This document shows, one piece after another, positions 27,439-37,154 of a stretch of DNA of 64,000 nucleotides. The stretch spans positions 629-64,628 of the IMG/VR virus record IMGVR_UViG_3300012921_000046. One strand, written 5' to 3'. Under the pieces are notes generated by a model. It saw only the letters and a program-made list of their open reading frames with translations. It did no database searches and had not been told where the DNA came from. Origin of the DNA: a virus. Its lineage: Duplodnaviria; Caudoviricetes. Within the stretch, counting starts at the first letter, position 1. Every line of letters begins with the position of its first letter. The position numbers were made by a program, and so were the translations under genes.

Positions 27439-28847
27439 AGCGCACCTCGCCGCGGGCGGTGCCAGAGGCGCACGGTCAGGGTGCGCAGCGGCTCCGCCCC
27501 GCCGCTCGCGGCCCGGTGGAGGATGTGGATGCGCTGGGTGCGCCCGGGCCAGAGCATCAGCGGCTCGCCGTAGCCGATGTAGTGGCCGACGTTGCCGCCC
27601 GCCCAGCCCTCGGAGCGAATGGCGCCCTCGACCGTCTCGCGGACCAGCGTGCCCGAGTCCAGGCCGTAGCCCCGCGGGCGGAAGTGGCGGAACCGCTGAA
27701 GCGGCAGCAGGTACAGGTAGTCGACGACCACCGACCGCGACGAGCCCGCCGGGCTGTAGCCCGTCAGGAGGATCGAGAGCCCGGCCAGCCCCGTCTCGCC
27801 GGGCAGGTACGGCGGGAGCTGGAACACGCCCAGGTCCTGCAGCTCCTGGTTGGTGGCGAGCAGGAGCTGCTGGCCCTCCGTGATCGTCGTCACGTCGAAG
27901 AGCTGCACCGAGGCGCGCAGCCAGGTGTCGCTCGGCGGGTTCTGCGTGAAGCGCGCGAAGACGCGGAAGTAGCCGCCCCGGGCGGCGGCCAGCAGCGCCG
28001 AGGACAGCGCGAAGCGCCCCAGCGGCGTCTCCGCCGTGCCGCTCCACGTGAACGACCGGGCCGACCCGCCGCTCCAGTCGGTGTTGTTCGGCACCGACGA
28101 GGTGGTAAGCGCGGTCGCCGCCTCGCCCTCCAGCGCCGGGGTGAAGCCGGTCGGGTCGCCCCAGCTCTGGACACCGACGTAGAGGTCGTACGCCCGGCTC
28201 GAAAAGCCGCTGGCCGTGTTCGCGATCTCGATCTCGGCCCGACAGGGCAGGGCGCCGGTGACGTTGGCCGCGGGGACGGTGACCCAGCTGTCGTGGCCGG
28301 TGTGCCCGTCGTCGTGGTTGTAGATGGTGAGCGCAGCGGTGGTGTTCGTGCCGTTGCCGTTGGTCAGCGCGACCTGCGTGCGTGGGCCCTCGAAGAACGG
28401 CCACCGCTCAATCATTATGACAAGCGCAATCGCCTTACCACGCCACTGCCAGCCCAGGGCGCCCTCGTCGAGCTGCACGCTGCCGGCCAGGATCTCGGAG
28501 CGCCAGTAGCCCTCGCCCGCGACCAACTCGAACTCCCAGTAGATCGGGCCGGCGGCGTCCTCGGGATGGCGCTGATGATGCATCGCCCGCGCGAACGCCG
28601 CGCGCAGCGCATTCTCAACCGTCCGCGCCAGCGTGGTGCTGTCGAGCACGGCAACACGCAGCGACTCCGTGATGTTTGGCTGGGTGACGGTGAGCAGTTC
28701 GGTGCGCTCAAAGTCGCGGGCCGTGCCGACCTCGGTCTCGGGGTCGCTGCTCTGGGGGATGTAGTCGAGCGGCACAACGCTGCTCGTGCTGAGGCTTTGC
28801 AGCACGGCGCCGGTGCTATCGACGACGCGGAGGTTGTAGATCGGCAT
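27435..28847 (-). CDS. Distal tail (Dit-like) protein
   Basis: Immediately downstream of the tape measure gene; RWPFFEGP; start MPIYNL. Confidence 0.65.
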   Translation of the reverse strand: MPIYNLRVVDSTGAVLQSLSTSSVVPLDYIPQSSDPETEVGTARDFERTELLTVTQPNITESLRVAVLDSTTLARTVENALRAAFARAMHHQRHPEDAAGPIYWEFELVAGEGYWRSEILAGSVQLDEGALGWQWRGKAIALVIMIERWPFFEGPRTQVALTNGNGTNTTAALTIYNHDDGHTGHDSWVTVPAANVTGALPCRAEIEIANTASGFSSRAYDLYVGVQSWGDPTGFTPALEGEAATALTTSSVPNNTDWSGGSARSFTWSGTAETPLGRFALSSALLAAARGGYFRVFARFTQNPPSDTWLRASVQLFDVTTITEGQQLLLATNQELQDLGVFQLPPYLPGETGLAGLSILLTGYSPAGSSRSVVVDYLYLLPLQRFRHFRPRGYGLDSGTLVRETVEGAIRSEGWAGGNVGHYIGYGEPLMLWPGRTQRIHILHRAASGGAEPLRTLTVRLWHRPRRGAL

Positions 28848-28959
28848 GCCGGCCGGCCCAGAGCGGACGCGGGGCGCGGCTAGGGCGCGAGGGGGAAGGG
28901 CGCAGCAGGGGCGCACGAAGATTATAGCCTATCAATAGGACAAGGCAAGCGCGCGCAGC

Positions 28960-31900
28960 TTACGACCGGTTCCTCGTTTTTTCGACCTGGTACTTGAACT
29001 CATTAGCCAGATCGCGGGCCACCCGCCGCACATCGAGCTGGTTGCTGATCGTCGTGCCGGGGAGCGCGATATTGACGTTCTCGATGGTTGTGGCACTCGA
29101 TGTGGGCGCGGGTGCTACGGGCGCCGTGATCGCGCCTACCCGGTCGGCGACCGCGCCGGCCGCCACCACCGGCAGGGCGGCTCTGGCGCCGCTGAGGACG
29201 GCGGCAGCGTTCTGGAGCGTGCTGGTGTCGAGGGAGGGCAGCTTCACCTTCACGCCCGCCAGGCGTTCCGCCATCCGCTCCACCGCACCCACCGCGCGCG
29301 GCGTCCCTTTGTCGATACCCACCTCCGCGCCGGCCGGGATCTCCTCGCCGAATTCGTCGCGGAACCGGCGCGATGGCGAGCGCATCCCGAGCGCACCCCG
29401 GGCGGCCGCTAAGAGTTCGGCGGCCTTCTCGCGGACAAAGCTTTTCAGGCCCTCCCAGCCATTGGCAATGCCGTTGCGCACCCCGTCGACGATGGCCGTG
29501 CCGATCTCAGCGGCCTTCGTGACGATGCTACCAACCTGCTCGCCGATGAACGACAGAACATCGCCGATCATCACCCCCAGAGCGATCAGCAGCGCCGGGA
29601 TGGCAGTGTCCGCGACCCAATCGACAAAAGCGTTCGACCATTCGGCGATGGCCTCGACGATCTCCGGCACCTTCTCAATCAGCCACCCCAGAAGCTGACC
29701 AAACATCAGCCCCAGCGCGACGATCAGGTCCGCGGCGGCCGGCCCGACCCAGGCGAGGAAGGCGAGGGCCCATTGCGCGAGCTGCCCTGCGATGCCTGGC
29801 ACCCGCTCAATAATCCAGCTCAACAGCCGCCCGATCAGCACGAGCAGCGCGGCGAACAGGGGCGGGGCTGCCTCGATGGCCCACTGGACGAAGGCCGCGG
29901 CCCACCGTGCGACTGATTCGACAATGCCAGGCAGGGCCGCGCCCACAGCGTCGAGCATCTGGCCGATCATGGTGCCCAGAGCCAGGAGCAGCCCCGGCGC
30001 GGCCTCGACGAGCCACGACAGAAAGGCCAGAGCCCACTGGCCGACCGCCGCGATGATGCCGGGCAGCGCGCCCCCGAGCACCCCGATCAATCCAGCCGTC
30101 ACTCCGCCGACGGCCGCGAGCAGGGCCGGGGCCATGCTCGTCACCCAGCCCAGGAAGGCCAGGGCCCACTGGCCGACCTGCGCGATGATGCCGGGCAGGG
30201 CCGCCCCGATCTGGGCAACGAGCTGGTTGCGCGCCTCGCCCATCCGTGTGATCAGCTCTGGTAGGGCGGTGGCGAGCCAACTCAGAAACGCCGGGGCGTA
30301 GGGGGCAACGGCCGTCATAATGATGCCGGCCAGGGTGCGCAGGGTCGAGGCGATGATCCCGCCGATGCTGCCAAGGGTAGTCTGGAGCTGGGGGCCGGCT
30401 GTCACTAGCCCGGACCCGAAGGCGAGGGCCCACTGGCGCACCTGGGCGACGATGAGCGGGACCCGCGCAACGATCCAGCTCAGGAACCGCGCCGCCAGCA
30501 CGCCCAACGTCCCGAGCAGGAACGGCAGCGCCGGCGCTGCCCAGGACACGAAGGCCTCGGCCCACTGTGCCGCTGCCGCGACAATCCCAGGCGTGGCACC
30601 ACCAATGGCGTCGAGGATGGCGCCTACAGCCCCGCCGATTCCGGCAAGGATGGCCGGGATGCCTGACACCACCCGCGTTGCGATGGCCAGCACCCAGCCG
30701 CCGGCCTCGGTGATGATGCGAGGCAGGGCCGCGCCAAGAACCGTGATCACGCTGGCGATCAGCGTCCCCAGCCCGGCTAGCAGGACGGGGATAGTCGTCA
30801 CAACCCAGCCTGCCAGGCCCAGGCCCCACCGTCCTGCGGCTGCGATGATGCCAGGAAGGGCAGCGCCAATCGCGGAAGCTACCCCGGTCGCCACATCGGT
30901 GACCGCCGCAAACATGCCCGGGAGCCGGGACGTCAGGCCGCTCAGGATGCCGAGCGACCAGGCCGCCGCCGCATCGATGATCGTGGGCACGGCCGTAAGC
31001 AGCCGCAGCACCACCCCCCCGACCATCTGCCCGACCGTCTGCGGCACCTGCTCGACGGTCCGTTGCAGCCGCTTGAAGCCGCGCTCGGGCTTCTCGATGG
31101 CCGTGGTCATCTTCTGCATGGCGTTGGTCGTCTCGCCACGCAATCGCCCGAGCAGCGCGATGGGCTTCTGGAAGGCCCCGGCGACCTTTTGCATGGCTCC
31201 GCCGACTTGGCCCGCGAGGTCGTTGGCCTTCTTCGCCACCTCGCTGATGCCGCCAAGCGCCCCGCCCGCGTCGATGTCCGGGACCTTGATCCCGCCCCCA
31301 CCGCCGCCTCCAGCCCGCCCGCCCGCCCCCTTCTTGGCGGCGCGCTCGGCCGCCTTCCGCGCAGCCTCGGCCTCCCGCTTCTGCTGCTCCTCGAGCTGGG
31401 CAATCTCGCGGAGCTTGTCGTAGTACTCCGCACTGCCCTCGGTCAGCCCGGCGAGCTCGGCGCGCCGGTCGGCCAGCTTCTCGGCCGTGGTCGACACCTG
31501 GTCCTTGTAGGCGCGCTCGGCCCGGGTGATGGATTCCTGGTCGCGCCTGGCCTTGTCTGCCTCCTGCTGCTGCTCGCGGGACTGGCGCTCTTCGAGCTGT
31601 CGGATCTCGCGCAGGGTGTCGTAGTATTCGGCGCTGCCCTCGTCGAGCCCGGCCAGCTCGTCGCGCCGGCGCTGGAGCAGCTCGTCGGTCGAGGCGATGC
31701 TGTCCTTGTACGCTTCCTCGGCTTTTGCCGCCCGCTCGGCGGCCAGCTCCTCCTCGGTCTTTTTGGCCTTCTTGGGCCCGCCACCCCCGCCGCCACCCCC
31801 GCCCCCGCTCGCGCGGCTGGCCTGCTCCTGCAGCCGGATCTGCTCAGCGAGCAGGTCGTTCTGCCGCTTCTGGGCGTCGATGAGCGCCTGCTGGCGGGCG

Positions 31901-34323
31901 TACTGCTCTTTCGCCGCGTCCTCAGCTACCTTGGCCGCATCGACCCGCTGGCGGGCCTCGCGCTGCTTCGCTACCGCAGACGCCAGGGCCGCCCGGCGCT
32001 CGGCGATCAGCTGGGGATTGCCACTGGCGAGCGCCTTGGCCATATCGACCTGGGCCTTGCCCACCGCAGCACTCGCGGCCTTTTGCCCCTCCTGCGCCTG
32101 GCGTAGCCGCTGGCTGGCCTGGAGCGTGGACAGGTAGGCCCGGGCCACCTGCTCCGCGGCCGCACCTGCGGGCCCCGCCGCGTCACGGATGCCGGCGAAT
32201 GCCGCCTCGGACACCTCGCCGGTACGACGCAGCTCGTCGATTGCGGCTTCTACGGCTGACTGGGAGCCAACCATCGCTTCAACAATGGTCTGGTCGCTCG
32301 CCCCCAACGCCGTGCCGAACGAGCGGATGAGCCCGCTCACCTGGTCGCCCAGCGTGTTGAGCGCCCCCAGGTCGGCCTCGGTCCACCCCTCCAGCCAGGC
32401 TTCAGCCGCGCCCTTCCCCCACACATCGAGGTTCGGGAGCAGGGGTGGCGGCGAGCCAGGGGTCAGCCAGTAGGCAATGGCATCGCCGATCTGGCTCAGC
32501 ACCGCCACGACAGAAGCTACGGCGGCCGCCATGCCGTCGGCGTAGGCCTCGATCAGGCCCGAGCCCCATCCGACGGCAGCGCTAGCTATTCCAACAAGCG
32601 CCTCTTCGGCAAGAGACGCAAGTCGCTGGAGCTGTTCTAGGACGGGGCCAAGAAGTCCAAGTTGAGACGCGACGGAAACAAAGGCAGTGCCTACCGCCGC
32701 GCCAGCGCCAGCAAGCAGCGCGAGCGGCACATTGACTGCAACGAGGGCGCTTGTGATTGTTCCGAGGATGAGGCTTAGCGGGCCGACGGCTGCGGCGACA
32801 GCCAAAAATGCCACGATGGCACTACGGATACCGGGATCAACTGTGGCGAAGGAGGAGACAACTTCCGCCAGTTTTCTGATGATGGCTTCCAGTGGACCCA
32901 GGAATGGATCGGCAGCGGCAAGGCCGGCTGTCTGGAACGCGCTTTGTAGACCATCGAGCGCGCCCAACAGACCCTTGTTGTAGGCTTCAGCAGCAGCAGC
33001 AGCAGCGCCTTCCTTGGTAATCTCCGATTGCAATGAAGCAAAGCCACTGGTTCCAAGTTGGAGCAATGGGATGATGGCCTTCATGCCATCGGACAAGAAA
33101 ACGGTGTTGAGTGCGGCCGCTCGCTGTGCAGGTGTAAGGCCAGCAAGTCCACGCTCTAGGTTGGCGAGGATTTGCTGGAACGGGAGGAACTGGCCTTGTG
33201 CATTGGTGGTCGCAATGCCGAGTCGGGAAAGTTCGGCGGCGCCCGCAGCGGTTGGAGCCTGAATTTTGATAATCGCATTTTTAAGCGCCGTCGCCCCATC
33301 ACTGCCGGACAAGCCCGCCTTCTGAAGTGCCGTCAGTCCTGTCGTCAGGTCGGTTGCAGCTTGGAGTGCGGGATATGCATCGCTTGTAAGTGAGCTGAAT
33401 GCAAAACCCGCCTGTGCCAACCCCTGTCCGAAGTCAACAGCATCGCCCGAAGCCGCATTTGCCGCAGCAGCAAACTGATCGGCAATAATTGTTGCTTTTT
33501 CACCACTAAGGCCAAAAGTGTTCAGGGCGCTCGAAATTAGAATCGCAGCAGTCGCGTTGTCGGTCTGTGCAGCGGCGGCAAGTTGCAGTGTTCCTCGCGC
33601 CGCAGCCATCGTGTCTGAAACCGACAAACCCGCCTTGTTCAGCTCCAACATCGCGGCCGCTGCATCGGCTGCGCTTGTTCCAGGGAGGGTTAGATCGCCA
33701 CCAAGCTCAAACGCTCGCTGGCGTAGCTGCTCCATCTGGGAATCGGTTGCCTCAGACGCAGCTTGGAGTAGATTAAGGCTTTGCTGGAACTCTCCCGCCG
33801 CCCGCAATGCACCGCCTGCGGCCGCAGCGAGCGGCGCTGTTATGGCAACGCTGAGGGTTGCGCCAACTCGGGTGAACTGACTGCCAAGCGCCTGTAACCG
33901 CTGACTAACAGTAGACAGCGGACCATCTAGAGTACTAACCGTTGATCGGACCCGCGACAGCGCTGTGTCAACTTGCTGAATGGGGGGGGCGGCTCGCTGA
34001 GCCTGAGTACCAACTGCGCCAAGCTGCACGCCGGTTGCACTGATACGAGCGACCGACTGTTGAGCACTGTCAGCCGCTTGGCGGAAGTCTTGGCTAAATT
34101 GACGGAGGGGAGCAAGTGCCCCGGCAATGCGGGAAGGCGCCTGAGCTAGTTCAGTGAATGATTGGCTAATGCGTTGGGCGTCAGCGGCACTCGCGCTGCC
34201 CAGAGCGTTGAACGCCTGGCGGATCTCTTGGAAACTCTTCGTAACCTGCGCTGCCGCACGGCTCAGCGAGGAAACATTGAGATTGATAGATCCCCTGACG
34301 GAACCTAACGATCCGGCCGACAT
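28960..34323 (-). CDS. Tail tape measure protein (TP901-like core)
   Basis: 1787 aa, Ala/Gly-rich helical; ELNKAGLS, KAGLSGSDGATALKN; C-terminal W-containing periodic repeats and RSPSRRF. Confidence 0.93.
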   Translation of the reverse strand: MSAGSLGSVRGSINLNVSSLSRAAAQVTKSFQEIRQAFNALGSASAADAQRISQSFTELAQAPSRIAGALAPLRQFSQDFRQAADSAQQSVARISATGVQLGAVGTQAQRAAPPIQQVDTALSRVRSTVSTLDGPLSTVSQRLQALGSQFTRVGATLSVAITAPLAAAAGGALRAAGEFQQSLNLLQAASEATDSQMEQLRQRAFELGGDLTLPGTSAADAAAAMLELNKAGLSVSDTMAAARGTLQLAAAAQTDNATAAILISSALNTFGLSGEKATIIADQFAAAANAASGDAVDFGQGLAQAGFAFSSLTSDAYPALQAATDLTTGLTALQKAGLSGSDGATALKNAIIKIQAPTAAGAAELSRLGIATTNAQGQFLPFQQILANLERGLAGLTPAQRAAALNTVFLSDGMKAIIPLLQLGTSGFASLQSEITKEGAAAAAAEAYNKGLLGALDGLQSAFQTAGLAAADPFLGPLEAIIRKLAEVVSSFATVDPGIRSAIVAFLAVAAAVGPLSLILGTITSALVAVNVPLALLAGAGAAVGTAFVSVASQLGLLGPVLEQLQRLASLAEEALVGIASAAVGWGSGLIEAYADGMAAAVASVVAVLSQIGDAIAYWLTPGSPPPLLPNLDVWGKGAAEAWLEGWTEADLGALNTLGDQVSGLIRSFGTALGASDQTIVEAMVGSQSAVEAAIDELRRTGEVSEAAFAGIRDAAGPAGAAAEQVARAYLSTLQASQRLRQAQEGQKAASAAVGKAQVDMAKALASGNPQLIAERRAALASAVAKQREARQRVDAAKVAEDAAKEQYARQQALIDAQKRQNDLLAEQIRLQEQASRASGGGGGGGGGGPKKAKKTEEELAAERAAKAEEAYKDSIASTDELLQRRRDELAGLDEGSAEYYDTLREIRQLEERQSREQQQEADKARRDQESITRAERAYKDQVSTTAEKLADRRAELAGLTEGSAEYYDKLREIAQLEEQQKREAEAARKAAERAAKKGAGGRAGGGGGGGIKVPDIDAGGALGGISEVAKKANDLAGQVGGAMQKVAGAFQKPIALLGRLRGETTNAMQKMTTAIEKPERGFKRLQRTVEQVPQTVGQMVGGVVLRLLTAVPTIIDAAAAWSLGILSGLTSRLPGMFAAVTDVATGVASAIGAALPGIIAAAGRWGLGLAGWVVTTIPVLLAGLGTLIASVITVLGAALPRIITEAGGWVLAIATRVVSGIPAILAGIGGAVGAILDAIGGATPGIVAAAAQWAEAFVSWAAPALPFLLGTLGVLAARFLSWIVARVPLIVAQVRQWALAFGSGLVTAGPQLQTTLGSIGGIIASTLRTLAGIIMTAVAPYAPAFLSWLATALPELITRMGEARNQLVAQIGAALPGIIAQVGQWALAFLGWVTSMAPALLAAVGGVTAGLIGVLGGALPGIIAAVGQWALAFLSWLVEAAPGLLLALGTMIGQMLDAVGAALPGIVESVARWAAAFVQWAIEAAPPLFAALLVLIGRLLSWIIERVPGIAGQLAQWALAFLAWVGPAAADLIVALGLMFGQLLGWLIEKVPEIVEAIAEWSNAFVDWVADTAIPALLIALGVMIGDVLSFIGEQVGSIVTKAAEIGTAIVDGVRNGIANGWEGLKSFVREKAAELLAAARGALGMRSPSRRFRDEFGEEIPAGAEVGIDKGTPRAVGAVERMAERLAGVKVKLPSLDTSTLQNAAAVLSGARAALPVVAAGAVADRVGAITAPVAPAPTSSATTIENVNIALPGTTISNQLDVRRVARDLANEFKYQVEKTRNRS

Positions 34324-34487
34324 AGTGCGCCCCTGAGCAGAGAGGCGCTACAGGGGCGCGGGAACGGGCTGCGAAGCAAGGTCGCGAGGTATGAGAAAGC
34401 GCCCGGTGGTCGGGCGCTACAGGGGCGCGGGGGAGGACGGGCGCGGCAAGGGCGCGGCTTGGCTTATTATACGTTGGCCGTCAATCG

Positions 34488-34769
34488 CTATAGCTCGTGA
34501 AGGAACAGTTCCGCTTTCTTGCCCAGGTGTGCCAACCTGAGGCGCTCCGATACTCGCGCGATAGCTCGCTGCACTTGATGCATATCGAACTCAACTGGCG
34601 GCCGCCCAGCATCCACTCTCAGAATTTGCTCACCGATCAGCAGCACCCTCCCGCTGCGCCACCATGCCAAGTTGTTCTGTTCTGCCAGGCGAATAAGGTA
34701 TGCAATCGATTCCTCGTCATCAAACGTGTACTTCGTAGCACAGCAGATAATAGTCGCACGGCTGGTCAT
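34488..34769 (-). CDS. Hypothetical protein
   Basis: ORF 3 bp downstream of the HNH gene. Confidence 0.6.
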   Translation of the reverse strand: MTSRATIICCATKYTFDDEESIAYLIRLAEQNNLAWWRSGRVLLIGEQILRVDAGRPPVEFDMHQVQRAIARVSERLRLAHLGKKAELFLHEL

Positions 34770-34772
34770 CGC

Positions 34773-35063
34773 CTAGCCCTCCCATACCAATTCGCGCCAG
34801 TTTGGAGGAATGATACCATCGGCAAGGGCCTTGCTTATCATCCCCCGATGCCGGTTGTCAGCTCGCAGCACATGGCAGCGGCGACACAAAGTGCGGAGGT
34901 TGGATAACCCGTTGCCCCCATAGCGGCCGCTCTGAATGTGATCAATGTTGGCCGTTCGTTCCGTGAGAGGAATGCGACAGCGCACGCAAGTATAGCCGTC
35001 GCGCGCCAGGACAGCGCGCCGTGTTTCGGCCCATATCTCGCGCGGCTGCCGCTTTACTCCCAT
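34773..35063 (-). CDS. Small HNH endonuclease
   Basis: RDGYTCVRC...IDHI...GGNGLSNLRTLCRRCH. Confidence 0.9.
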   Translation of the reverse strand: MGVKRQPREIWAETRRAVLARDGYTCVRCRIPLTERTANIDHIQSGRYGGNGLSNLRTLCRRCHVLRADNRHRGMISKALADGIIPPNWRELVWEG

Positions 35064-35070
35064 TGTGTTT

Positions 35071-35133
35071 ACCCAACCCTGCCAGACCTAACCATGCCAT
35101 GCCAGACCTAACCTGACCCTACCACGCCCCACC
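35071..35133 (-). ncRNA. GGY-NN pentamer array 1 (putative vrRNA-type guide)
   Basis: GGT-GG-GGC-GT-GGT-AG-GGT-CA-GGT-TA-GGT-CT-GGC-AT-GGC-AT-GGT-TA-GGT-CT-GGC-AG-GGT-TG-GGT: 13 of 13 GGY units, 24 nt after the RAMP stop codon. Confidence 0.85.
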
Positions 35134-35157
35134 GGATTGTGGCCGCCCCGAAGCGTG

Positions 35158-35742
35158 TTACCGCTCCTGAACGTCGAAACTCACAATCTCAAAGCGTCCG
35201 AACCCGATCCCCCGCCCGTCGCCCAACCCCGAGAGCACGCCCGCATCGCGGGCTACGGCCTCCATCTCGCCACGGCTCACGATGGTTTTGTCCCACAGAA
35301 TGCCGAACGCGGTCGTCCAGCCAGGCCCGGCCGCAATGCGATACCTGACATTGCGGCTTTTTGTTGCCGGGTTTCGCACAGAGGACACATGGAGGTATAC
35401 CGGCTGTGACTCGTCGCGGGTGATCGACTCGGGCATGTAGCGGTCGAACAGCAGACGGTCGGTTGTCACCTGAAGCGTGGCCGCCATAGCGGACTGAATG
35501 CTGCCCTTGCCTTTCTTCGTGTACTTTGCACCCTCCCGCAATACACTGAATGCATAAGTGCTCGGGAGATATAGTTGCCGATCCGAGGTATAGAGCACGG
35601 TTTTGCGCCACTCTTCCGGATCGTTGCCCGCCACGCCCGTGCGCTCTTGCTTCTCCAGAGGGATCGAGTCTGGGCCAAAGCAGTGCCACAGCAGCGGACG
35701 CACGCCCCGGATCATGATGGTTGCGGTCAACAGGTTGCCCAC
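35158..35742 (-). CDS. Solo Cas7/RAMP-like protein (Vipr-like)
   Basis: N-terminal IRGVRPLLWH, LYLPSTYAFSVLREGAK, C-terminal G-rich loop GLGDGRGIGFGRFEI typical of RAMPs; no other cas genes. Confidence 0.8.
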   Translation of the reverse strand: MGNLLTATIMIRGVRPLLWHCFGPDSIPLEKQERTGVAGNDPEEWRKTVLYTSDRQLYLPSTYAFSVLREGAKYTKKGKGSIQSAMAATLQVTTDRLLFDRYMPESITRDESQPVYLHVSSVRNPATKSRNVRYRIAAGPGWTTAFGILWDKTIVSRGEMEAVARDAGVLSGLGDGRGIGFGRFEIVSFDVQER

Positions 35743-35744
35743 GG

Positions 35745-36473
35745 TTACTGCCCTTCCTCTGCTTCATGTCGGCGGGGGCGGAGCGCGATGCACGGGGCGC
35801 CCCTCCCAGCTTCGTTTCGTAGCCGAATTGCCTCCCACCGGGCGCGTTGAGCGTGGCGGATGCGCATGAAGTGCATCCGCGCGCCGCCGATGGTCAGATC
35901 GAATGCTTCTGCCAGAGCGCGGATCGTAAGTGGTTTTCCTGCTTGCCAGTAGGAATCGGCAAGACGATCTGCCAGGACAGCGGTTGTTTCAACCTCCGAT
36001 GGAATCGGCACGGGGAGAGCTGGCAGGGCTGGCGGAGCCTCCAGGGCGGCGAGCCGGCGCAGCAGTTCACTCGTCTGCTGTTCAAGCGCGACCAGGCGTG
36101 CTTCCTGGTGATTGGCGGGGGCGCCGCCCCGCCGGTAGGCCATCGCCCACTCGTTCCATTGCAGATAGAAACGCGGGCTGAGGTAGTGAGCATAGGCGGC
36201 TGCGATCTGCCAGTGCGCCCAGGTGCCACCTGTGCGCCCGCTACGCGCTGCCAGTAAACTATGCGAATTTGCACAGTTTTCGCGCTCCGCCAGCGCTGCG
36301 ATCAAGTCCTGTACGTGCTGATTGCGTAGCCACTGAGCCGGCGCCTTGTTGGGCGCGCCGCCGACCGCCCGGTGCATGGCGTTGAGATTCCAGTGCTCTG
36401 CCGACGAATCGAAGATGACTTCGCTACCGTCGTATTCAAACAAGACAAGATCAGTGGGCATGAGCGACCTCAC
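35745..36473 (-). CDS. KilA-N/APSES domain protein
   Basis: WNLNAMHRAVG...KAPAQWLRN...GGTWAHWQIAAAYAHYLSPRF. Confidence 0.85.
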   Translation of the reverse strand: MRSLMPTDLVLFEYDGSEVIFDSSAEHWNLNAMHRAVGGAPNKAPAQWLRNQHVQDLIAALAERENCANSHSLLAARSGRTGGTWAHWQIAAAYAHYLSPRFYLQWNEWAMAYRRGGAPANHQEARLVALEQQTSELLRRLAALEAPPALPALPVPIPSEVETTAVLADRLADSYWQAGKPLTIRALAEAFDLTIGGARMHFMRIRHAQRARWEAIRLRNEAGRGAPCIALRPRRHEAEEGQ

Positions 36474-36691
36474 TTCCGGGCCTGTCGAAGCAGGAAGGAA
36501 CGCCGCAGGATGGTGGCTGCGCCGGGAGAGCGCAGCAGCTCGGCCAGGTCGAATGTCTCCGCCGGGGTCAAGGCCAGGAGGAGATCGCCGTCGTCCTTCT
36601 CTAGCGCCACGCTGCCATCATCCGAGAGGGTGAGCCGGCCCGTGTCCAGGCGCCGGGTGATCTGCGTCGGGTTGATCGTCGCGTCACTCAT
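36470..36691 (-). CDS. Small hypothetical protein
   Basis: Start MSDATIN with AAGGAAGG RBS; 4-bp overlaps. Confidence 0.65.
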   Translation of the reverse strand: MSDATINPTQITRRLDTGRLTLSDDGSVALEKDDGDLLLALTPAETFDLAELLRSPGAATILRRSFLLRQARK

Positions 36692-36945
36692 CGCATGTTC
36701 CTTCCTTGCTTTAACCGAAGAACGAATCCCCAGCAACCCCAGATGATCAGAGCGGCAATACGATCTGCCGCGTGATGTAGGGCCAGGTGGCAGCCTCGGC
36801 ACACTGTTACAAGGTTGTCGCTGTGGGTTTGGCCGCCGAACTGGCGTGGGCGGATGTGATGGGCGCTCAGGCGGTCGGTTCCACCGCACAATAGGCAGCG
36901 CCCATCTCGCGCGATTGCTCGCTTGTGCGACTCTCTCCGAGGCAT
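36688..36945 (-). CDS. Small HNH endonuclease
   Basis: RDGRCLLCG...LSAHHIRPRQFGGQTHSDNLVTVCRGCH. Confidence 0.85.
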   Translation of the reverse strand: MPRRESHKRAIARDGRCLLCGGTDRLSAHHIRPRQFGGQTHSDNLVTVCRGCHLALHHAADRIAALIIWGCWGFVLRLKQGRNMR

Positions 36946-37154
36946 CTTTACGCTTCCACCTGCTGCATAAGCCAGCGGCCAGCGCGCTCCTGACAAGCCT
37001 GGAGGGAAAGCCATGTACGAGCGCGATACTTGGCGACAAGGCGACTAAAGAACGCAAGCTCGGTGGGAGTAGGTTCGTGATGGAAATCATCGCAGGGCAT
37101 AGCAATGCTCCTGAGAGGGGCGCCGGTTGAGCCGGCGCCCCTGCGAGCTGAGGG

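Noticed and set aside
35071-35133. CRISPR array or Gly-rich coding repeat
   Set aside because: The period is 5 nt, not a multiple of 3; there are no 25-45 bp repeats with spacers; the array is intergenic.
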